Part shown: positions 42,701-54,700 of the stretch, piece after piece
How the letters are laid out: each line of letters begins with the position of its first letter
Position numbering within the stretch: position 1 is the first letter of the stretch
Assembly: GCF_964204865.1 (NCBI RefSeq)
Contig: NC_135257.1
Coordinates: 7,192,001-7,256,000 of the forward strand
DNA: 64,000 nucleotides
DNA from: Styela clava
Lineage: Eukaryota
Direction of reading: 5' to 3'
Notes under the pieces: model-generated
Databases searched by the model: none
Told to the model about the DNA's origin: nothing
Seen by the model: the letters and a program-made list of their open reading frames with translations, nothing else
Translations under genes and position numbers: made by a program

Positions 42701-45700
42701 GTATGGTGGAAGATGAAATCAACGGCACATATGAAGCGTTATTCCACAAGAAATCATCGAACTACGAACGGTGGTATAGGATCCCAGACCACTTCCGGGT
42801 TCAAACTAGCGAGTAACGGACGATATCAATGGGATGATGCCGATAACACAAAACCGGAACTAAAGCCGGAAGTAGCGGTGTTGAAGACCCTAACGATTAT
42901 GATTGCTGCCTTTAGCATAACACTACGTAAGTTTACTTTCGTAGCTGCGAGTGACCCATTGCATATTAATAATATATTTGTATATCACTATTTTACTGCC
43001 AGTATTTCAACCGAAAGATTTGAAAATTCTGTGAATTAACCCTTCTTTATTGCATTTTCAGTTCCTTTCATAATAGTTGTGATTCTATTCTACGGTGAAC
43101 AACTGGACTGCGTAAACTACTCTATGCCATACACAATTGCCTTCTACGCCTGTATGTCGAACAGTTTTGTAAATGTATTGATATATACAGTACGAGACCA
43201 AAAATTCAGAAACGGTTTACATAATGTCTTTCGACGACGAGGGGCTAGTCAAATATGGAGCTCTAATTCCAATCAAGGAAAAAAAGGAATGACGATGAGT
43301 ACGAGTATCGAACTCACACCCCATCCAATACAAATGGAGAATGGAGAAAAATTTTCCAGTAGAACATCTGGCAAAGAAAGATGGGAAAGAGCCTTGGTAG
43401 GGATGTGAAGGGTAAGAAGGAGAACAAGACAGAAAAATGAAGAGCGGGATACATTGACACGGCACCGCGATGTAAAAAAATAATCTGATCTACCGGTCTC
43501 AAACTAATGAATCAAACAGATATGATCCCAACATTTAAACAAGGTACAACCAAGGTACATCAGTTTAAAAACAAGTCTACAGACATAATGAATTGAATTA
43601 GTGAACTAATTGTACAGTATTCTTTCATTTTGAGATATTATAACAATCAGTATGTGCATTGAATATTTTTTTGTACAGAATCCAACATTCAGTGTTATAT
43701 TTTATCAAGTACAGCGGTAAAATAATCTATTGCTGCTTTTTTTTATTTTTTTTTTTATCAAGATCTTTTCAATTCATTCTTTTTAATAATTTTTTTACGA
43801 TTTTATTGCACATAAATGGAGATTTTCGAATAAAAGTATGCAAAATGAGAGCAAATATGATCTTGAATTGTCATGAAGAGCATCGTAGTAATGTAATTAA
43901 ATAGTAGATATATATATATATATTCATTAGGATACAGTTAAAACCTATATGTAAAAGAAATTTTAGGAGAAGGTGACAAAACCTGATTGCTATTCAGTTG
44001 ATAGATAGATATTCATTCAAATCCTGTCATTACTCAACAATCAAAACAGAAAACACAATTCGAATTCTCAGGACATATACAATCGACTAATACCAGAATT
44101 AATAAGTACCTAGGTTGGAGGGACCAATCGGTCACCAAATTGAAACAATTCTCCTTGCATGAATAAGTCGATAGACGTCTATACAGTGTAATTATACCAT
44201 TTATAAATCATGTCAATTTGTTGTTGCTATAATTATCATGCTATCGTTATATAATACATACAGACTTACTTCAAGTTCAACATTGCTAACATTTCGGGTT
44301 CGCAGGTTTGAGGATGAGTGGCCGTGGTTCGCTATATGATAAAACAGTCTCATCACTTTTCCTCTCCCCCGGAATGAATATGTAAATCCTATCCTATTTG
44401 ATTGAATCTATGTTACAAACCTGATGATCTGTTGCTTCAGTTTCCAATAGTTGAACAAGATTGTCGCCAGGTTGCACTCGAATCACGTCTATTATCATTC
44501 TCTTAGTTCTGAAAAAGTAAAAAGAAGACTATAAAACAAACCATAGCTCTTGAGTTTATGGGACAACTGGAACCTTGGGTGGCCAGAACCAGTCAAAACC
44601 TAATAATCTACTATTCCAAACACGCTCTAAAACAGTGGACGGCAAACTTTATGTACTACTGGGCCAAACATGCACATTGATGGTAGCGTGCGGACCATAT
44701 TGGTTTATAAACAATCGCCACCTTAAACTTCATATCATGACGTTCTTATTACTCATCGATCTTAAGATCGGTAAGTATGTTGATAGGTATTTGTCTGTCT
44801 GTATGTCTGTTTGTCTGTGTGTTAGATGCACGCGATATCTCACGAAAGCGATGTTGAATCCTGCTCCAAATTTTGCATGTGCAGCCATCATAGCTCGGAT
44901 CAGAAGCCTATAGATTTTGGATGGATTATGTCTTATAATTAGCGAGTTATTAATTAATTAGTGATGGGACACACGGTGTCACTATGGAGTAAGACCGCTG
45001 TTTTGGGGGATCCCCTAACCTTCGATCGATAAGTCTACGGTTTCTAACCGATATTCTAGTTTCTGTGTTAATCACAACCAACGGTGGCAAGTAATTGACA
45101 TACAACTGACAATTTTTGCTTATTCTAATTACCGGTACTACAAAACAAACCCGTAAAACAGCTATTGTTACGACATACATCCGTGGTGCGCAGATGATAA
45201 TAAGTTTACAAGCAACTTTTGTTTTTTTAAGCATTAAAAGTGAGGTTTTGGGGGCCACAAAAAGGAGGGAGGGGGCACGAGCCGCAGTTTGTCAACCCCT
45301 TTCTCTGAAATAAGGTTTTGTAAAGGAATATCAAGTATATATTCTAAACTGGATCCTGCACCCTTTGGGAACCGCTGTTTTATACAATAATTTACCTGAG
45401 TAATACATTTCTCACATCACCATCATCATCTTCCTTTACTTCTATTCTGTTCAGCAATGTTAGTGACACTTCAGTATTACCCAGTTGTTCCAACTGTTTC
45501 TCATCTTGTTCACCTTCACCTGAAGCTTGTGAAGTATCACCACCTGATGAAAGATAAGTAAACCATATGGAAAGTCAAGGCAGTTGGAAGATAAAATGGT
45601 AAAACTCAAAGATACTTTTTAAACCACAAAATAAGTTTAAATATGCATAATTTTTTAATAGTCATTAATAAAACTGACAACTAAATCATAGAATGAGCAT

Positions 45701-48700
45701 AACAAAAACATTTTAAATTACTGCTGAATATTATTCAGAATTAAACTAAAAATAAAAACAAAACTAACGGATACTGAATAGAATTTAATACAAATTGTTA
45801 GCGAGAGTGTTATTGAAATATAAATTTGTTATCGTGTAACCATGCAAGAATAGCTTCAACTGTAGCTATTTATTATCACAATTCAAAGAGAAACTATATG
45901 GTTGATTTGATATATTACCAGATAACATTATAATAAACATAACCATGCAAGTTTGTAAGCATATTATGAACTATAATATATATAGTTTTATAACATGCTG
46001 TTGGTGATATTACATAGAATGAATGAATATGTCTAGCTATGCTACATCCGAGCTAACACCAGTATGCAAACTAACCAATTGGTAATATACTAGCATGCAG
46101 TCTACTACATTCTGTTACAGTTATAGTCAACACTGCTAGGGAACAAGTATGTGCTAGTAATATTCATAAATGAAGATAAAATAAATGCACTTGCTGAGGT
46201 TAATTTAGATCATACAAAATAACAAAGAACCCAGTTAAGGGGAATATCTCTAATAACATGATGAACCTAGGGTTGTAGTATTAGTAGTATATTTTAATTA
46301 AAGAATACCAGTAATTGATAACAGTTTATTCCATTGACTATTTTCTTTCGATTTAATTTTTATGCTGATGAGATGTGCACAACTTACTAACTTAAAGATA
46401 ATAAGATCTAGAATAGACAATGCTGTTAAATCTTTCCAATTCTGCATTGCCTATCTTTAGGCAAAGAGGTGGGGTAGACACCCACTATTTACTGTTGGTA
46501 TTTCGAAATTTCAAAAAATGGAAGTCCAAAAAAGGTGTTATCAGTATGCGATTTGCATTTTCCATCATAGGAGTACCAAAAAAATATTTGAAATTAATTT
46601 ATTCCACAATTCAAATCTAAATTGTTATTGTTGATGCAAAATAGGTTTGGTTAAGTATACAGTTGACTTCACAAGCAGAACAGTATAAAGTGCCGATACT
46701 GTGTTACAAAATAATTTGAAAATATTTTTGCAACGAACTATTTTTCTAATTGCTCAACTCTAGCCTACTACTCAATATCCACCAAAATTATGAATAATAT
46801 TATATTAATAAAGCCACCGCTACATAGCTGATAAAAATTATTCACCCAAAACCATGAAGAAATAAAAGTATGAAGTATGCTGACATTTGCAAAGTAAAAG
46901 TAGACAGTGAAGATGACATCAAGTAGATGAGATAAAGATGAGTTAACTATATATCCGGGTGTTGGTAAGAAACTAGTTAAATGAGACATGGTTGACCAAA
47001 CAGTAAGTTTTAGTTTAGGAAGTGAATGCATTTGATTCTTAGAATCAGAAAATCTATTTAACCTGTCCAACATTCTCTATCTTTGCGAAAGGATAGGATT
47101 TACATATTTATCCCAGGGAAATGGAAGCCCATAAGACGGTTTAATAATATTGCAAACTGAAACAGCGACCCCTCGTCCAGTTACCATGTTGGGTATGGGA
47201 TTAGTTAACCAGTCATTTGTTTTCTGAAGTATGGACTTGATGGTGGAGGAAGCTGTAAACCGACCAAGGGTTAAGTGAACCTCCTTACGATGACGAGGAG
47301 CCCAGCAATGCTCTCGCACATAACTATTCCTGTATGGGTTTCAAACTTGCGAACCCACGGAGGGTAATCATAGGTGCGTATTCCTAATGCTTAGCACGAT
47401 GCGCCACACCGTCGAACCTTAGTTTGATCTATAAACCCAGATCGCAAAGCATTCACTTCCTAAACATAACACGGCTATTTTTTACCCTATCTCAGTATTC
47501 AATAATTACCAACACCCATCCATGTATCCAAAGACAAATGTGAGCATAGTTCATGCACCCATTAGTTGAATTTCAACTAAATTAGATAGATTAGATACAC
47601 CTAAAGCACTTTAAAATCTCAAAGGAGAGTTGTCAGTTTCTAAGTGCGAGATGATGATATGCTATGTATGAATGATACAGCACAAACTAATCTCATAGTG
47701 CATATGAATTAGTTAGCTGCTATGTTATTATGGTTACCATCATACACAACTTCTTTACCTTTTTTCCCAGCAGGAGCTTTTGCAGTAGGAGTTACACCTG
47801 ATCGAGGTTACCAAAGTAAATAGTGTTGAAAGTAAAACAATTTAACGTAAACAAGTATGTCACAAAGCCACATTTATTCACACATAAGCGAATTCCAAAA
47901 AAAAGGAGAGAAACCGTTTATAAATTTTCGGCTTTGTTACAAGACATTCAAGTATGACAAAAAATAGCAGGTACTTTATGTATATATTCAGCACACCAGG
48001 TGTCTTGACGATTGGTGTTGGGATGTACTGTAACAGGGATGTCCAAAACGAATACGTTCCAAATTCGTTATATTCGATAGAGTAAATTTTTGAGGGATAA
48101 TTTAGAATATTTTCATTCGAAAATGTCGTTTTAAGCATTTATTATCTTATGATAGACAAAAAAAGTACCTTTTGACCGAATAAAATAGAGAATACTAATT
48201 GAAACAATGTTTATCTCAATTATTCTGCATGATTAAATTTATTTCTACATATTTACAATTGTCTTGACGAATTTCTCTTGTGGAAGAGACCCATTTCAAA
48301 ATATATTAAATATTTCGTATGCGAAAAGAATATTTTTGAATGTATTCGGAATACTAAATTATCTGGTTTCGGCCATCTCTGACTGTACAGTATTTATGAT
48401 TTGAATAAAAACTTCAGGTCATAAAAATTATAATTGAATCATTAAAATCATATGCTTACTAAAATTTAAAACAAACTGAATTAGCATAAAACATAAAAGA
48501 TTTTCCAAAACAATTAACATCATTCTTCATTAATAACCAACTGAATAGTATTAAGCTACAAATTTATTCAAAATCTCACCAACAAGTTGAGCTATCTCAG
48601 GAACGTCACCCAACTCTTCTAATGTTTCATGAAGAGCATCGTTTGGATCAGGTGCAATTTCATCTTCATGTTCAAGCAAGAGCTAATAAATACCAGAAAC

Positions 48701-51700
48701 AAATAATCATGTGAAATCTATACATAACGAAATGGTGAGTGTGCCAGCATAAATATACACAAATAATAACAGAAGATTTTCTAAAGATATATTAAACTTT
48801 CCGATTTACATATCCTGGGAAGAGGAAAGTCGGTAGGATTAATGTGGAGTCCGGCAATCCCCTCGCAATTAATTATCCCTTACAGGATTCAAGCTTACAA
48901 ACTTAAGCAGGGTAATGAGAGGTGCTGTGGCAAGCGTATTCTTAACGCTCCGCACGATGTGCCACATCTCCGAGTCAAGAAAGATATTGAGACACTCAGG
49001 CAAAATCAAAAATTGAAAGCTTATGTCTGGCCATTAATTTGTTATACATTTTCAACCTTTCAGCGGTATACAATTTTTGATGCCCTTAATGACATCTGAA
49101 GAATAAGAGTTTCATAATAGAATAGTAAATATAATGCACAATCACAGATTGTCTAGCATTCAATTTTTCAAAACTTTTGAATACCTTACCTTGTGTGTAT
49201 CAAGAATCTCTCTTATGCTGATAAAAATAACAGGTTTGCTCAAGGCAACAGCATCGCTGTATTCATCCATGTTATATTTTTCTTCTGGTTCAGGAACTTC
49301 ACAAACCAGCGCAAAAAACTTCCTGCAGAAAGAAAAATAGAACATTAGCACTCAAATGTTTATATCTGAGAACGTTTTTATTCCTAAAATTTGTCTAAAA
49401 ATCAAACTTGATGTCCAATACAGCAATCATTCATACCAAAACCAAGAAAATTTGAAATTTTTTTTAATTCACTTACTTGAATCTTTCATATGCTTCACTT
49501 AGATATTTGTTGATTGATTTTAAATGTTCCATGTCACCAGCAAACTAGAAAATAAATAAAACGAATTGATGATAGAAATTGAGGAATTTACCAAATAACG
49601 TACCAAAACCGTGGTAATAATGAAACTATTTCTACTTTATTTTCACACTAAACAAGCTGACAGTTAGCCAGAAAATAATTACTGGAGTTAGGCACATTTA
49701 TTTCCTCTCAGATGAAGAGTCATCTACGTCAAATAACTTACCGTGTACTGTTAGCACTATTTTCAATAACTGACAAATGAACAATGCCATATATATGGGC
49801 ACGAAGCCCAAAACGAAGTAGAGTCAAATCTGTCACAGTACCGGTAGTCTGATCAGAAATTGCTGAAACTCAGTCCCAGATTCATGGCATCGCGCACATT
49901 TTTCAATTTTGATGACGTCATCGCACACAAAAAACGAATCCAATGGTTATTTTTGAAACAAACAAAAGTAATAGACTTCTAGCAAAAAATACAATCTTTA
50001 CTCACAGAAAATTATTAAGCAATTGACTAACAATATCAGGAACAATATAATAATAAAAACTCATATATGTACACTGTGTGTCAAATAAATCGTTAATACA
50101 GGGAATATAAACTGTTCAGATAGAGGATATAAAATAAAAAAAATGTAAATTACCGTTTTTCCTGTACTTGCAAACTGAAGTACTTTTGCAATAGAACCGA
50201 GATTACGGCGTTGATCTGCATTCAACCCTGCAGCTCCTGCAGTTACATCAATGATATCAAAACCATCCGGAGCAACAATAGCAGGATTCATGTATCTGTA
50301 GTAGATCAGGTTTCCAACCATCTAAAAAAATGAACTCGGGATTAGTTTGGTGTGGTTTTCATATTTAGATCAATGTCTTCTGAAATTCATATCATCCACT
50401 AATTTAATCGAATTCAAAATATACTGCCAGTTATAACACAGAGCAGTGAATATCCAACTGAGTGTTATATGTAATATGGTGAGAGGAACTAAAACATCAC
50501 TCAGGTAATATAACTGTATTATTTAAACTCAGATATAAGGATTAACATATTTATCCCAGGGAAGATGAACACAACAGTAGATCGCACAACCGCCATATAC
50601 GGTAACTTTATACATTTATTAACGAAATCAACATTTTAGAATATGCTGAAATATATTTTTCATCACTAACCTTCAACACTTCATCTTCAGGCGTATCAGG
50701 GAATTTTTCCTTCAACAAATTCTTCAAGCATTTTGCAATATATCGAAGCCCATATCTGAAATAAATCAGGCCAAGTTAAACAAAAAGTTATAATATTAGC
50801 AATCTATTTAGAGTAGAAAAATATGACTAAAACAATTCATAGAATCGTTATACTTCTCATAATTAAAAATAATGATTTTAATTAATAATTTAAATAATTA
50901 TTATAAAACATACCATTAGGTGTATTTCAGCATAGCAGTTTTGATTTTTATACTATTCAAAAAGTGAGTTGATAAATGAAAAAGTGCGATCTATACTAAA
51001 TTATATCCCCCACCCCACATTATTGTTTTTTCACTATAAATGCATTCTTCAATGCAAATTGAAGACACTCATATATGAAACAAAACTTAAAACTTTGAAA
51101 AAAAACTGTATAATATAAGCAATTCTGAATGACAAACATTCGAGGTATTGGTAGAAACTTACGGTATTTTTTCAACAGAACCTAGAATAGCTCCGAGGAA
51201 TTTTTCTGTAACGAGGCGAAGTTGTTCAATTGAATCCTCTACTCTTTTCTTGATTTCATCATGCTGAAGAGCTTGCTCTGTTGTTACTTCATATGGCAAA
51301 TCACTAGAGTTTGAAAAAATGATGAAAAAACGGCAGAAAAAGAAACTTAGATTGGACATGCGAGTGCATTTTTAATCAAATTTGAGAGTGAAATTGAATT
51401 TATGAAAAAGCAAAAGTGACATTTCTACAAGGATATACAAGAATCTAACACGGTCATTGCAGCTGACAGCTGGAGAGTCTGAAAAGTAATTGTCTCTGGC
51501 TTTAGATCGAAAATTTTTCAACTCAGACAACCGAATGATGGAAAGTTCAATTCTGAATCTTAATTTCAGCTCCGAAATGTAGTAGAAATCAAATTTTAAG
51601 CATTATTTAATCCCATATAAATAAGCCTAATACCTTATCCAAGTACAGAATTTTCACTCTGTTCTTCAACTACAAATTAACAACTTTACCTGGCTTCACC

Positions 51701-54700
51701 AGTCTCTGTTTCTTTCTGACCAATCCATGCTTTGTATATTTCAACTGGACTCATGTTTATGTTCAATGCCTTGTCTTTCATAACATATTGAACCTGAAAA
51801 CAGAGTTAAATTATAAATTAGAATACTGTATTTGCTCGTTTTGTAGCCCGGGCCCATATTTTTTTCAACCAACTCACTAACCGGGCCCTTATTCAAACCG
51901 GCCCTTATTCAAGCACGGGCGCTTGTTATTTTCGATCGTTACAATAATTAATATATATATTGTTATTTCCAGTTCTCAAGTATGATTTAAATGAGAATAA
52001 CGAAAATTTTGACTTTTTCTACGCACCGCAGGTACATTTCCGCAAAAGAAGAAAAGTTTTGCGACGCACTATCAATATTAAAACGACGCACTTGGGTGTC
52101 GCGACGCCCAGTTTGAGAACCATGGTATTACGTAATCAATGCTATATGTTATGTACGTGGACGCCTAAGACGTGAGTGTTATCTACCAATGCTTAAAATT
52201 CAACAGCGTTGTGACAAAAGCGCTTCTGATTTCCTATTGTTCTCTACCACTGAAAAATCAGCTTTTACATCGGGCGGGTATTCAAGCACCGGACCTTATT
52301 TATTTTTATGTTCTGTTCACACGGGCGGCTATTCAAACGGGCCCTTAATCAAGATCGGGCGGTAAAACGAGCATACACGGTATTTAATGAGCGTTGGATT
52401 AAATTTTCGTTGGAATTGATTAACAACAAGAGAGCGCTGCTGAAATATATGGACATGAAGGCCAAAACTAAGCAATACGGATATGCAATCTGTCACAGTA
52501 GACAACCGGTACCGACATCTTCATGACTTCACCTGACCACTAATACGATCATGGAACCGTCACAAAGCGCTTGAATTTTGATGACAAATCCCATAGTGCC
52601 CACAGACATTTTTTAAATAAATAAAAGTAACACCCTTCTAGCAATAAATACAATTTTCAACTACTGACAACAATTTCAAAGCAATTGGTTCGGCAGTCAA
52701 TAAGAAAAACTTTTTTTCACAACAAGGAGAAAAGAAAGTCTAACAAGAACAGATTAGACCATACTTATCATACGCTGACTTATTCAGACAAAACGAGATA
52801 TAACTTAATCGAACAGCGCTGTTTGATTAGGTTATAGCTTATTTTGTCAGAAGAAGTTAGGCTATAAACTAAAGTAAGAGTACAAATATACTTGATATTT
52901 TGTGTAAAGAGATTATTCTTAATAAAAAACAAATAGGATTCCATAGGTTTCATTTTTACCCAAGGATTTGAAAAGCATTGCCTGAGAAATGTTTTGTTGC
53001 CATTCACATACATTGAGAGATGTGTTTTGTAATAAATAAATAATACCACACTCTACATTAATGAATTGAACACACAGTGACTGTTTTTGAGCTATTGAAT
53101 GATATGTAGTCTACCAACTTACTTGTGGTGACAAGATTTCTCTCAAAGAACTTTGACCCTTTGAGCCTCTGTTGAAGGTCACGACCATCTTGATAACAAG
53201 TGGGTTACCAGTGGCAATTTCCTTCACTTTGTCAACTTTGGATCTGAAATTTGTGAAACAGATAGATTTATGAAAATTGTATATACTATAATAAATTTTA
53301 CAAATAACACAAATATATCACATATAATACAGGACTACTTCTAGCTATAATTAAATGTAAGAACATCATCATAATCACCAGAAAAGAAAGATAAAGAAGA
53401 AAAGATGAAATTTGAGATAAGATACAGATAAGATAAGCATTAGGACTTGTTTATCGATGGTGATCTATTTATTATTTTATTGATATACAATTCTGATAAA
53501 ATAGAGGTCAATAAGGTCTTAATCATAAAATAACGACAGCAAATGTTATCAATACTTTTTTTAACATACGAAACATTTGGCGAGATCTGAACCGCGCAAT
53601 AGTATCAGGATAGAATACTTAAGCGTGAATGTAGCCTAAAGCGGTCTAAAGTACTTGGTAAGAAAGGTTGAATTGCAAATGATTTTCCTTGTTTTGCTAT
53701 AATCTGAATACTAAATTATACTAATGAGATGATCAAATCACTTAAATTTGTGCGTATATTCAACAAATCTAAGTTTGAATTAGAAAATATAATGCATTTT
53801 GCAATCAACAGAATGTAATAGAAAAATGTCTCTACATGAAGTTCGTTCAATAGATCAAATCGAAATTATCTACTTCTATGAATATTTAATATTGCATAAG
53901 ATATCAGGTTTGGAGCTAAAAGGCTGATAACTTTACATACGAAAGTTGGAAAAAATTTGAATAAAGAATAGTATATAATATGTGAAAATAGAAGATGGCT
54001 CGTTAATTTAGAGTCGAAATGTAGAATGGAGAGAATGATATATAGGTAGGGTCAAAAACTATTTTTGGCCCGCCCTGTATATAATATAGCATTCAGAAAT
54101 ATTTTGAACAATTGCCAGCTGGGAAGCAAAGGAATATAAATATGATAGCAGAGAAACAAAAGATTTCAAAACATCTTTGATTCATCATATTTGTCGACAT
54201 AAATTGATTAAATTTGGGAGATATTTAAAAATTAACCCAATTTTATTTAAAAAAAATTTTTTCTCAAACCTAGAAAATCTTGAAGATTTTTTATCAATTA
54301 AATTTATTTTCATTTTGTCGAAATATTTTGAATTCCAGAAAAATACAGTTCCTGATTACCATTAGGCCATTGCATGAATAAAAACTACCATACATCATAT
54401 TATGTACTACAAAGAATCAAAGAATGGTAATCCGTTACCAAGACAGAAAATTACAGTTACCGATATACAATTTCTGATTAGTCCATATTCAAATTCTATA
54501 TTAATTTTAGAAAAAGAATTATTCCCAATAGAGGAAATAAGTGAAAGTGAATCTTTAAAGAAGGAAAAAACTTGGAAATATAAAACAAAAGTTTCAAAGG
54601 ATGACCACCAATTTAAATCAGGGATGTCCAAAACAAATCGAATATTCAAATACATTCAAAATTGGATATATTCGATTTACTAATATCTTGATTTTAGGAA

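Noticed and set aside
2518-43408. Idea that the CLCA metalloprotease cleaves and activates the neighbouring long-stalk GPCRs (PAR-like system)
   Set aside because: Only proximity supports it; gene neighbourhood is weak evidence in animals, CLCAs are known mainly for self/cross-cleavage, and no tethered-ligand motif is recognisable.
46388-46422. Second possible IQGAP microexon (strong gtaagt donor on the minus strand)
   Set aside because: Candidate lengths of 20 or 35 nt are not frame-preserving for the phase-1 junction.
47340-47418. tRNA gene
   Set aside because: A/B-box-like head is joined to a repeated non-tRNA body and tail in several diverged copies, so it is a SINE.
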